From Histomonas meleagridis 2922-C6/04-290x (Eukaryota; Protista; Parabasalia), in the NCBI GenBank assembly GCA_020184695.1, contig JAANOX010000085.1:408358-472357 (forward strand): 64,000 nucleotides of DNA. The letters are read 5' to 3'. Positions 1 to 11,251 of this stretch are shown here, one piece after another (the stretch's first letter is position 1; every line of letters starts with the position of its first letter). The translations under genes and the position numbers were made by a program. The notes under the pieces are model-generated. The model was not told the DNA's origin, did no database searches, and was given only the letters and a program-made list of their open reading frames with translations.

Positions 1-333
1 TTGAACCAAAAAAATTTTCACTTGATAACTTTCAATGTATTGGATTCAAAAATTTGAATCGGTTTCTGTAAGTTATTACAATAATGTTTTTGACGGTTTC
101 AGAAACCGTTCGCTCATAAAATTAATCGTCGATAACGTTTTTTTTAAGGTGTGGCTTTTCGACTTTTTGATGAAACTCATAGAAAAAATTTTGAATAAAC
201 AGAGGTCACAATTTATCATACGAGAGGCCTATCGTGTTTACAACAAAAAAAAGTTTCTATGAAATTCATAGAAAAAAAATTGAATATAAAATCGTTATTT
301 GGTGTACGACGAGAGATAACAAGTTAATACATT

Positions 334-1374
334 TTATTGATAAAGCTCTAAAATTGACGATGGTGGATCTAACCCTTCAACAATTCGATATGTTTTTGTA
401 ATTAGTGGGAACTTATTTGCTTCTTTTCTTATATCTAATATTTTATAGATTTCTCGTGCAGCAATTGTACCCTGAAGTTTTTGACCTTTAAGAAGTTCTC
501 TTTCAATTTCATCCCACTTTTTCCCTGTTTTAACAAATTCAATGGCACATTTTCGATTTCGTCCACCATATGCAGTTGCAATCAAATCAGCAGTACCACA
601 AGACTCGAGAAGTGTTTTCTCTTTGATATTTTTATCCGGAAAGTACCATTTTGCAAATTTGTACATTTCTTCAAGTCCAATACGAATTATAGCTGCTTTT
701 GTATTTTCACCGTATCCAAGTCCATCAATGAATCCCGCAGCAAGAGCTATGACATTCTTCAAGGTTCCCAATAATTGTTGAAAACAAACATCATCAATAA
801 TCCTGCACTTGAAGTACTTACAGTTGAATAATGGGAACCACCTTTCAGCTATATTCCGATCAGAGAATGCAATTGTTCCTTCAGAGAATTGTTCCATTGC
901 AACATTCCTAGCGATATTTGCACCTGATAAACCACCACAAGGGAACCCGAGTACCCTTTCGACTGTTTCTGGTATTAGTTCGATTTTATCGTCTTTGATT
1001 GAGACACCTTTTGTGAGATTTATTCCTGATGAGTTTGGGGCTGCTTTGCCTTTAATCTTTTCGAGGAGCCCAGGAAGGTACTGATGTGGTGTGACGAAAA
1101 CAAAATAATCACAACCTTCTGCAGCTTCTGAGAGATCAGAGATAGCTAAAATATTATCTGGTAATTTAATTCCTGGTAAATATTTTATGTTTTCATGTGT
1201 TTCGTTGATTATATCAACTAATGATCTTCCATTAACGATTTCATTATAAACATACATTCGAATTGTTGGATCGAATGAATCCTTTAATGGCTCGTTTTTA
1301 ATATTTTCTGCAATGATTTTTGTAACTGTTGATCCCCAGTTACCAGATCCGACAATGCAAACCTTATGTACCAT
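334..1374 (-). CDS. GPD1: NAD-dependent glycerol-3-phosphate dehydrogenase
   Basis: N-terminal GSGNWG Rossmann motif, YLPGIKLP, LSGANIA, LKNVIALAAG and ADLIATAYGGRN motifs typical of eukaryotic GPD; intact 346-aa ORF. Confidence 0.93.
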   Translation of the reverse strand: MVHKVCIVGSGNWGSTVTKIIAENIKNEPLKDSFDPTIRMYVYNEIVNGRSLVDIINETHENIKYLPGIKLPDNILAISDLSEAAEGCDYFVFVTPHQYLPGLLEKIKGKAAPNSSGINLTKGVSIKDDKIELIPETVERVLGFPCGGLSGANIARNVAMEQFSEGTIAFSDRNIAERWFPLFNCKYFKCRIIDDVCFQQLLGTLKNVIALAAGFIDGLGYGENTKAAIIRIGLEEMYKFAKWYFPDKNIKEKTLLESCGTADLIATAYGGRNRKCAIEFVKTGKKWDEIERELLKGQKLQGTIAAREIYKILDIRKEANKFPLITKTYRIVEGLDPPSSILELYQ

Positions 1375-2240
1375 GCAAAACTTTGGCCCGATTGAAATCC
1401 AACCGTTGATTCAATAAATTGTTTAACGAGTACTTTTTTCAATGTGTGAAATTGAATGCAGCGACCTCTCTTTATTACAAATTTCAGTCTATCGTCCAGT
1501 TGTTTGGTCGCTACTTGGTCCAATATTGTGAAGCGCGATAAGACATTTTCAAACCCCAAAAAAATGATGACATGTGATGTGAAAATATTTTTATATTTCA
1601 TATTTAACTTTTTCCCTATTTAGTTAAACGCATATAATGGTTTAAAACCAATGATTGATTCTGTTTTGTTTTTAGGTTATTTTACAAAAGATTTTTCAAT
1701 TCTATTTCGTGTGGAAGGTTTACATTAATAATTTTTTTTGAAGCATACAATGCAAGCAAATAAAATAAATCCAAAAAGTTATATATACCTACTTTAATGG
1801 AATTACTTAAATCAAGAAAACCTTAAATTAATTGAACAAACATTTTATATGAGTTGGATTCCTCATACAATTTTATCTAAATAAGAAATTTATAAACAAA
1901 GCAAACTAAAGAAGAAGAAATCGACAAAAATATTCATAAAATTATTATAATTTTTGTTAATCATTTGGTTGGTGTTCGTTCACAAGAATCATCTTGTATA
2001 GAATGAATAATAATAGTTAATTAGACCATAATCATTAATTTCAATTATGAATTTTATTCATTGTTTTGTTTAAGTTTCATTAATATTACAATAATGTTCC
2101 TGATACCATGTTTTAAATTGTAATTAACTTTATCATTATGAGATAAATCAAAGTGAATGCCTTGTTACATATCGCTATGTGTTTCAGCTAATGTACAAAT
2201 TTTATATCGAATTCTCATTAAAATCAAAACATCCGCAACA

Positions 2241-3467
2241 TTACTCTTTACTTATCTGATTAATTTTCCTAAACAAAGGAACAATTTCATTTCTATAGTT
2301 CGGGTATTCCTTTTCCAGTTCCGGCTCTTCCCTCAGCAATCTTTTAAACCTATTAAATGTTTCCAACGCGTCTTTATAATTCCCGTGCCGATAATAACAA
2401 ATTGCCAAATTTATCAAAATTTGATGCGAATAAATTTTTTGCAATTCGTAGTTAAATATTTCTTCCGCTTCATCGTATTCCCCAATGTTCATCAAAGCAA
2501 CTGCGAGTCCAACTGCTGCACCTCTTACACTTGGATCTAATTTCTTTGCCCGCCTTAATATTATCGCTGCGCTGCAGTACATTTTCATGTTTAAAAATAT
2601 TAATCCGATGTTCGAAAGTGGCAACGATTCATATGGAGCAAGGAAATTGGCTTTTTTAAAGCATGCAATGGCCGCCTCGTTTCGATGTTTGGCATATATT
2701 AGTAAACCAACGTTATTCCAGAGTGATGGTGAATTCATGAGATTTTGAAATGACCGTCGATAGAGATTAAGGCTTTCAGAAACGTGGTTTTGCTCTTGAA
2801 GAATTGAGCCTGAATATAATAATGACATTGAATCTTGTTCATTTTTGGAATATGATTGCTCAAAATTTGTTAATGCTTTTTCAAGCTTGGTTTGTGAAAT
2901 AAGAAGTTTGCCTATGCGCCGTCGAAGGTTTGGATTGTTTGAATGATATTTGAGTGATTCTTTAATGATGATTTCAAGTGAAGAAGTATCATGTTGAAGG
3001 TCGTAGATATTAATAAGTTCAAGAAATGTTTCAAGACGTGGATCTGCATCAAGTGCAAATTGAAATGATTCAATGGATTCGGAAAATTTCCGGAGACGAT
3101 AATAATTTAGTCCTAATAATTGATATACTTCCCATATATTACCTTCAGGATTTTCTTCTAATTTAAGTAATATCTTTAGTGATTGTTGAAAGCGACCAAG
3201 AAAGAATAAGCACTTAGCAATTTCAAGAGAATGCCGAATATTTTCTGAATCTAAATCATACGCTAATTGAAAACAACCCAAAGCTTCATCAATACGACCT
3301 TGCGCACGAAGAACACAACCTTTTAACGAAAGAGCTTCGGCATTATCCGGAGTTTTACGAAGAATCTGATCAACAACGTTCATGCACATATCAAATTGTT
3401 CAAGAACATAAAAGCGATGTGCAAGCCACTCGCTAGGGTGTCGATCAAGAATTCTCACATTGTTCAT
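2241..3467 (-). CDS. BBS4: TPR protein, BBS4-like BBSome subunit
   Basis: TPR array; SPSLWNNVGL..AAIACFKKANFLAPYE..NIGLIFLNMKMYCSA closely parallels the BBS4 C-terminal TPRs as recalled; N-terminal WLAHRFY also BBS4-like. Confidence 0.8.
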   Translation of the reverse strand: MNNVRILDRHPSEWLAHRFYVLEQFDMCMNVVDQILRKTPDNAEALSLKGCVLRAQGRIDEALGCFQLAYDLDSENIRHSLEIAKCLFFLGRFQQSLKILLKLEENPEGNIWEVYQLLGLNYYRLRKFSESIESFQFALDADPRLETFLELINIYDLQHDTSSLEIIIKESLKYHSNNPNLRRRIGKLLISQTKLEKALTNFEQSYSKNEQDSMSLLYSGSILQEQNHVSESLNLYRRSFQNLMNSPSLWNNVGLLIYAKHRNEAAIACFKKANFLAPYESLPLSNIGLIFLNMKMYCSAAIILRRAKKLDPSVRGAAVGLAVALMNIGEYDEAEEIFNYELQKIYSHQILINLAICYYRHGNYKDALETFNRFKRLLREEPELEKEYPNYRNEIVPLFRKINQISKE

Positions 3468-3888
3468 CTAGCAAATCCGTTTAAGAACGTTTTTTCTTAA
3501 CGTTCGATTTGTTGTTTGTACTTTTTAGGCAATAAAAAATATTTATTTGTATAATTTATAAAACAACGATTCTAAGTTGTGCTAAAAATAAATTTCTAAA
3601 ATAAACCAGGTCGCCACTTGAGAAATTTTTATCATCAAATTTTGTAAATGGGAGAAAAATTTGAATGAATTTTTTCCCTTGTCGTTTTCAGATTCTCAAA
3701 TCAATATAATATAAAATTCGTCTAAAATTTCTCATGAATGACTAGAAAAAATAAATAAAAAAAAAAAATCGATTAAAAATTATATTTCATGAGTAACAAA
3801 ATTTTTTGATTTAAAATATAAATTTTTATATAGTTCATGAAATGCTTACATATGGAATGAAAAAAGATGAAAAAAATATACTTTTTGG

Positions 3889-3908
3889 GAGTTGAAGTAC
3901 TTCAACTC
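3889..3908. repeat. Perfect 20-bp palindrome GAGTTGAAGTACTTCAACTC
   Basis: Sequence equals its own reverse complement; intergenic between the BBS4 5' end and the MTA/SAH nucleosidase 3' end. Confidence 0.9.
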
Positions 3909-4123
3909 TTATTTTTTTGTATGAATAATATTCTCTAAAAATCCTAATAATTTGGAATACATTAGTACAAATTTAGTCAATTTTTATACATGAATTACTG
4001 CATTGATTTGATGATGCTATAAAAACAACTCTACTTTCCTGCAATTTCACAGATTAAATACACAGTAGGTTTTAGGCATGTTAAATTAAATTTTTTTAGT
4101 TAATATGACCATTTTTAATGAAT

Positions 4124-4856
4124 TTATTGCTGGCTTGAAATTTTGTCCAGAAGAGTCATACAAAGATCTGTGCTTGTTTTCGTAGCAACTTCCAAAAGGT
4201 TTTCAAAGTCAACTGTGTTATCCTTTTTTTCAATAGCAATGTCACTAATAAGATCTTATTGACAAGACAGGCTTATTAAATTTAGTACATATTTGGGCAA
4301 TTGAAGTTCCCTCCATTTCAACACATGCAACATCGCTGAACAATTCTTTGATTTTTTGAACTTGCTCATCAGTTCTTATAAACGAGTCAGACGAACCCAA
4401 AAGGCCGTAATGAACTTTTGTTGGAATTTTTGATTCACTTTCTAATTCTTTTATCATTTGAATTAATTCTTTTGATACATTATTATATCTTGGTTGATCA
4501 TATGGAACTTGACCAGGAAGAAATCCCAAGTTTGTTGCATCCACATCCGTGTAAATAAATTCTTCTGCAATAAATAAATCAAGAAGTTTTTGTCCTTCTT
4601 TAAATCCACCTGCAACTCCGACATTAATAATAATATCCGGTTCGTATTTCATAATCATTACAGTTGTTGTAAGTGCTGAATTAACTTTTCCAACTCCGCT
4701 TAATGTAATGATTAGTTCCAAACCAGAATATTGAACAATATAAAATTTTTTTCCATATATTTCTTCTACATTTGTTTGTTCTTTTGTGAACCTTTTGACA
4801 AGCTCGTCTAACTCATAAGTCATGGCTTCAATAAAACCTATTCTCTTTGCACGCAT
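4124..4856 (-). pseudogene. mtnN: Bacterial-type MTA/SAH nucleosidase (MtnN/Pfs-like) with a +1 frameshift at the RSISD motif
   Basis: GFIEAMTYE, SGVGKVNSA, INVGVAGG, SSDSFI and VEMEG motifs. The ORF stops at IRSY*, but removing one T at ~4250 gives IRSISDIAIEKKDNTVDFENLLEVATKTSTDLCMTLLDKISSQQ* ending 4124. Likely ATG at 4856. Confidence 0.8.
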
Positions 4857-4945
4857 TTTCTGTTGTAAAATGGTGAAGTGATACTTAACGTATGAAGAAA
4901 AGATCCTTAACAATTGATTTATTCATGTTTAAAAGCATAAATATG

Positions 4946-5497
4946 TTATTTTTTGTGATTAATTTGTTGTTCAAGCCATTCTAATCCACTTTGTAAGCCA
5001 TCTCCTGTAATAGCACATGCTTTAGTCATGAACCATTTGCGATTTTTAACTTCAGCTAAGCCAAGCCTTGCTACAAGTTTGTCTGGTTGAACAGCATCTG
5101 GTAGATCTTGTTTATTTGCATATATTAGTAAAGATGTTTCACGCAATTCGTCCTCTTTTAATAATTTTTGCAGTTCATCCCTTGCATCGTCAAGGCTAGT
5201 TGTATCATTTGAATCCACTACAAAAATTATACCTTGGGTATCATGAAAATATTGTCTGTATAAAGTATCAAAAAACATTTCTCTATTGTTACCTCCCGTG
5301 TCCCACATCTCAAGTTGCAAGGTTTTGTATTTGACTGTTTGAATGTTAAAGCCAATTGTTGGGATTGTTGGTAAATTTTCGGCGTTCATGAGTTTACAAA
5401 GAAGTTTGGTTTTTCCTGATCCATTGGTGCCCATAACAAATATTTTGATTTTTTGATTGCCTGAATCTTTGCAAGCACCACTGAGGAAAGAACCCAT
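4946..5497 (-). CDS. Divergent Arf/Arl family small GTPase
   Basis: MG start, GTNGSGKT, PTIPTIGFN, WDTGG, ANKQD and CAITG motifs. Confidence 0.88.
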   Translation of the reverse strand: MGSFLSGACKDSGNQKIKIFVMGTNGSGKTKLLCKLMNAENLPTIPTIGFNIQTVKYKTLQLEMWDTGGNNREMFFDTLYRQYFHDTQGIIFVVDSNDTTSLDDARDELQKLLKEDELRETSLLIYANKQDLPDAVQPDKLVARLGLAEVKNRKWFMTKACAITGDGLQSGLEWLEQQINHKK

Positions 5498-6212
5498 TTA
5501 AACAAAACATTCGACCAGTTAACAATTCAAAATTTAATTAAGCAAAGTTTTGCCCCTTTTTCATTGTTTGTCAATGTTAGCTCGATCTTTTATTTTTGTT
5601 TATATATCAAGTCTTGACAATCTGCATTAGTTAATTTCAAGAAATATATTTTTATTAGTAATTTAAAATAATTTTCAATTTTGAAATTGTTAAACAAATA
5701 ATTTGTATAGTATCTTTTATAAATATTCCATGTAAAGCAATTAATTGAGTTGAGGTTGTGTTGAACGAAAGTATTTATTAAATTGATTTGCAGTTAAATA
5801 ATAAAAAATAACGCATGAGTTGTTATTATTCCTAATCCAGAATTCTTTGCTTTCTCCAAAATATATATATTGCAGATAATATTAATTACAGAATATATAG
5901 CATCCATCACGTTTTTCTGTTCAAATGTGGAGTGAAATTAAGTTTTGTAATGAAATATTTTTGTTCAACAAACTCTATTTCCTGCCTTTTTATTCATATG
6001 TTCAAGGCATTTAAAAATTATTTGGTCATTAAATTTATCATTGATCTTACTTTTTTCAAAATAATATGAAGAATTTATTTAAAAAAATTTACTAATTAAA
6101 TTATTAAGATCTTTTGAAGTGTATTTTCAAAGAAAACATATACATAGAAAATGCCACTTTCAGCATTATTTTTTAGATGATAGGAGCTAAAACACCAAAC
6201 ATAATAATACAT

Positions 6213-6328
6213 AATAATCTTGAACCTCATAAATGATGAATTAACGAATAAGTTAATTCAAATGAAATCTCAAAAACATCACGAAATGATGAAATCGAAA
6301 AACTTCAAGAAATGTCATCACAAACAAA
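6213..6328 (+). pseudogene. Relic of a DUF3447-ankyrin family gene
   Basis: Reads VNSNEISKTSRNDEIEKLQEMSSQTN, matching the conserved GVNPNEIxKIIRNDEIEKLQExSSQT block of the four family genes in this window; flanked by stops. Confidence 0.7.
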
Positions 6329-6430
6329 TAACATTGTAAGCAATCAGTCGAAAGTTACTTTGTTTCATTAATTGATTCTTCACCAAATTTTTCTTTGATT
6401 AAATGATTTGATTATTTACTTATGATATCC

Positions 6431-7087
6431 TCAAACGAATGCTATGAATGCGCACACAGCTTTTCCATCCACATTCTTTGCATATACCGCATAATTTCCA
6501 TCTCCGTCGCCACTATACGTCACCACTCCGCCGGGCACCAGCATCATCAATTCTTCCGATTCCATCAATTTCATATACAGCTCGCTGAACTCTTGAAACA
6601 ATTTATTTTCTCCTTTTGCCTTATATGATCCATCTCTCACAACGAATTCTCCGATTGTATCTGCTGAATCATTTTCGTCATGAATTTCGATATCATTTTC
6701 ATTATAAAAATGTGAATGCGTAACAAACATTACCATACCGACATTACAATCAACTGTACCACATTTCACGAAGCCATTTACTTCTTCTTTTTCTTCATCT
6801 TCATTAGAGTAAATCTGATTTGGTATTTCATCTATTAAATTTACATAGTTCTCATGTACCATAATCAAATGACTTACAGAGTTGTCTTGTTCCTTAATTA
6901 ATGGAATCCATTTACCACCCAAACAGTGATTAACTTTTGTAGTTTCTTCAAAATTAACAAATATTTCTCCAGGATCAATAGCTAAAAGCATTTCGTCATC
7001 CATTAAATCGATTGTTTTTTCAGGTATTGGAACTTTCCATCTCGTAGGCTTAGGTTTGTTATCAGTATTAACATTATTATTTACCAT
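6431..7087 (-). CDS. Hypothetical acidic protein (possibly the 3' part of a longer disrupted gene)
   Basis: 218-aa ORF with coding-like composition; its ATG is immediately preceded in frame by TAG (7088-7090) and about 90 more open codons. Confidence 0.55.
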   Translation of the reverse strand: MVNNNVNTDNKPKPTRWKVPIPEKTIDLMDDEMLLAIDPGEIFVNFEETTKVNHCLGGKWIPLIKEQDNSVSHLIMVHENYVNLIDEIPNQIYSNEDEEKEEVNGFVKCGTVDCNVGMVMFVTHSHFYNENDIEIHDENDSADTIGEFVVRDGSYKAKGENKLFQEFSELYMKLMESEELMMLVPGGVVTYSGDGDGNYAVYAKNVDGKAVCAFIAFV

Positions 7088-8366
7088 CTAAACAATTCCC
7101 ATCCAAGTAATACTTTTACGTAGAAATCCAATCGATGCATTATTTGAATATGTAAAATGAACATGAGTTGAAAGAACTGTAATATTTCTTGGATAATTAA
7201 CACTTCCAGCAAAAACTTCATTACCTCCAAAACTTTGACGATAACAAAAAATCGGAGCGCCAACATGAGATAATATATAATATTCATCAACTTCTTCATA
7301 ATTGGGAGCTCTTAATTCTAATGGTATATCACCAAAACCTTTTATGATTCGATAACGATTAAAGGTGTAACTGGTAAATAATTAATGTATCCATCTTTGG
7401 TCATTTTATTAAACCCTTCTTCTGAGCAGGGAATATATTGCGTACATTCATTAGCATATTTGGGAGTTTCATACGTATAATCAGTGAGAATGAATTTAAG
7501 ATCTGATATTTTGCTGACGTAAGCGTGATACGTTTCGCTTGTGATAGTGGGATCGTAAATGGGTTCTGAAACTACAATTACAAGACGTTCGTCAGATATT
7601 GTCGAAATACATTTCAAACTAAAATCTTCAATTGGAATTTCTTTTTCAACATCGAAAAGTTGATGAGTTATCGGATTGTAAAGTTTAAGTTGGAGTTTTT
7701 TAATTAAGAAACCAGAGCCAATTTCGTTGTGCTGGAATAAAATGCCTTTGCCTGGAATTGATACTATATTGGGATCAAATATTTTGGAATTTTCATCAAC
7801 ACATTGAAGAACTAGTTCATCATTTTGACGTTCAATTCGAAATAGATAATTATAAATAACAACATAGTTCTGTCCCTCAAAGTTTTGCGCGATAATATAT
7901 GGAGATGGATGTTGTGGCATAAAAACATTGAATACAAATGGTTTACCATTTAACAAAAAATATTGTACAAAGAGGATGAAACGAAATTATATTATCACGA
8001 TTTTGATCAGGAACTTGACCATATATAAGCTTCATATTATTCGGTAATGACAATTGTTGCGAGTTAAAAAAACATTGGGCGTTGTTCTTGGAGAATTGGA
8101 ATTTTGCACGTGATGTTTCTTATATCGCAATTTTGTTGAAAATCTCTATTTACATATTTAACATCACCATCATCTTCGATTATTTTGCCAAAAGCAGTAA
8201 TGTGGCTTTCCATTGTGACAAAACACTTTGTGATCTCACATTTATGAGGGAAATAATAAACGGATATTGGAGCACCCTATTGTAAATTAAACATAAACTT
8301 CTCAAATGTATTAACATTCTCCATGAGTAAATTGACTCTTTCAAAAGTAGGTTGCCATGCCAACAT
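7088..8366 (-). pseudogene. Disrupted coding region of unknown function
   Basis: Coding-like frames (MLAWQPTFERV..., ORF 7342-7956, NRYRIIKGFGDIP...WMGIV*) joined by frameshifts near 7370, 7960 and 8070 plus an in-frame TAG near 8280. Confidence 0.45.
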
Positions 8367-8519
8367 GAAGGTGTCCTTAGATGCTGGGAATTCAATCCAA
8401 TATAAATTTTAAATGATTGATTTTTTGGGACAGAAGCCACTTCAAAATTTTTATTTGCTGACAAACTATATAAAAATTAAAGATTTATTTCCATTTTTAG
8501 TTGTATATCTAAAGGTTGT

Positions 8520-10435
8520 TCACCTATCTACATGTTTTTCCTGGATTAATTTAACTATTTCTGTATAGCCTTTTGAAGTCGCTATCATAAGTGCTGTATT
8601 AAATAATACAACTAATTTCCTTATATTGTTTTAAAATATCAAATTATAAAAAATGATATCATATAAAGCAAATAAATAGCTTTAGCATTAATATCAATTC
8701 CTTCTTGTTCAAGAAGTAATTTAACTACTTCTGTATGACCATTATAAGATGCACAAAGAAGTGCTGTCCAAAATAAAATAAATAATTTCCAAATATTATT
8801 TTGACATATAAAATTATTAAAATAAATATTAAATAAAACAAATAAATAGCTTTAGCATTAATATCAATTCCTTCTTGTTCAAGAAGTAATTTTACTATTT
8901 CTGTATAACCATTTTCAGATGCATACATAAGTGCTGTCCAAAATAAAATAAATAATTTCCAAATATTATTTTGACATATAAAATTATTAAAACATATACA
9001 AAATAAAACAAATAAATATCTTTAGCATTAACATCAATTCCTTCTTGTTCAAGAAGTAATTTTACTATTTCTAATTTTCCATTTTTAGATGTCGAAATAA
9101 GAGCAGTTTTAAATATTTTTAACAATTTTCAAATATTATTTAAAAACATTATATTATTAAAATAAACTTTAAATATGTTCTAAAAATATTTTTAACATTA
9201 ATATCCAAATTATTTTGCTTTAAAATATATTTAACAAGTTCAGTATTTCCTGATGCTGATGAATAAACAAAAATATCTAATGGAATTTGATTGCTTAAAA
9301 TAAAATACTTAACAAGATATAAGTTACCAATTTTCGCTGATTTATGAATAATATCATCATTAATTTTCATTCCTTCACCAAGTAAAAACGAAAAAATTTC
9401 ATAATTATAATATAAAACACAATTTTTGCCCAATTTTTCAATATTATCAATACCAATTATCTTGTTTTCATAAAGATATTTAAAGATATCATTTCGATGA
9501 AATTGTATTGCTGTCTCATATGCACCTTCAAATGATGAATAATTTTGTTCACATAAATGAATGATTTCTTCGTTTCCGCCTGCAATTGCATATTTACCTG
9601 TGTTATATACATTTGCATTATTCATAAGTAAATATTTAAAACATTTTATAGAAGAAAAAAATGCTGCATAATCAATTAATGTAACATCCTTTTCATTAAT
9701 AAATGAACATCTTTCATAAGGAGACGGTTTGATTTTTTGGTTAAAATCAAAATTTGTTTGTGATGATATTTCTTGAAGTTTTTCTATTTCATCGTTTTGA
9801 ATTATTTGTGCAATTTCATTCGTATTAACTCCATCTTCAATATATTTCTTATGAAGCTCCCAATCATTCTTTGAAAGTTCTTCATAATTTGCAAATAAAA
9901 AATTTCTAAAACCGTAATATTTCGATCTTTTTAATTCATCTTCTGACATATAATGAGCAAAAAATAGTCTTCTTTGGTTTTTAATATTTTTTGGTTCAAG
10001 TAAATTATGATCAATCATATAGTGTAATAAATAATTTGATTCTTGCGAATTTTTGGTAAGAATAAATCGTATAAATTCATCAAGAAAACCTGAAACATTT
10101 TGATTTTTATCTTCAAATCTTTTAACTTCTTGTAAAAAACTCAAATAAATATCAGTATTATCCTTTCTTATTTCAAGCATTATGTATATCATTTGTGTAA
10201 TGATAATTTTATAAGATAATGGGTGATCATTATCAAATTTGTTAATTATTGAATTTGCTGATTGAACTATATTTTTTGTATTTAAGTTGAAAATAATTTG
10301 TTTTATGGTTAATAAAAAATCATAAAAATCCTGTGATTTTAGGCTTATCTCTTGTTCACCAGGTTTTTCCATCAAAATGGACGTTAGAAACCGTTTAAGA
10401 TCATAACTATGGATAATCATACCAAAAACACACAA
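8520..10435 (-). CDS. DUF3447-like plus ankyrin-repeat protein with micro-exon/17-nt-spacer-interrupted repeats (locus A)
   Basis: Main ORF 9149-10435 (likely ATG 10372) with IIQNDEIEKLQ, IDYAAFFSSIKCFKYL and AIAGGN motifs. It is followed by three 87-nt ankyrin segments and a final one, separated by four 83-nt blocks (9108-9190, 8938-9020, 8768-8850, 8598-8680); final stop TGA 8520-8522. Confidence 0.75.
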
Positions 10436-11251
10436 TGGAATACATTATTCAATTAATCATTTTAATTGGACAAAAATTTCTGCTTTTTTGAAATTTATCA
10501 GATTTTTATTGGCATTTTTTTGCATTTTGATTTAATCTCAGTATTGCAAAAATTAAAGTCAATTAAGATCATCTCTTTAAGTTTTGATGTTATGATCTTT
10601 TTCTTGAGCAAATATATCAATTATATGAATGAAAAAATTTTATTTATTTCAAAATCCAAAAACCGTTAAATCATTTGACTTTAATACGACCGTTTACGAA
10701 GCATTACAAAATATTTTTTATTGAATTTTCAATTGAAAACTATTAGTTTGAACTAAACTGATGGGGACTACTTTTGATCGTTTTTAACAGAAATACCATT
10801 CAAAAAGTTGGATTTGGTGTCACCATTTTTGAATATCAGTTTATATGATAACATTATGTGGAAGAAGTTGTCAAATAATTTAAGTCTATTTCAATTTTTA
10901 TTCATTCTAATTAAAAGTACAACTGATTTAGTTTATTCGGCACTATTTTCTATGAGACACCATTTTATCCTTATGCAATCTTGTGGAACAGCCACTTTTC
11001 ACTTTTGAATTTCCCAAACAATTATTTGGAACCAATTTAAAAGACATTTTCCTCCAACTTCTGTTTGCGTTTTTGTCTCTGGCCAAATATCGGATTTTTG
11101 CCAACAGTTGAAGCCAGACACGAAAAAACGACAACGGCAATGTCCAAAGTTTCACACCAAAATAAAAAACAAATTGTGTCAAAAACTCAAAAAAAAAGCC
11201 ATTTAAACTTTTCAAATAAATTGACAGTAACTTTGGCCGACCAGATAAGTA

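Noticed and set aside
7088-7090. Stop-codon reassignment (UAR = Gln)
   Set aside because: TAA and TAG terminate well-conserved genes at the expected ends (e.g. 14344, 27516, 39753) and long ORFs contain no in-frame UAR.
8938-9020. U12-type AT-AC intron spanning each block
   Set aside because: AT..AC boundaries give a frameshift, would delete the whole hairpin, and there is no ATATCCTT or TCCTTAAC signal.
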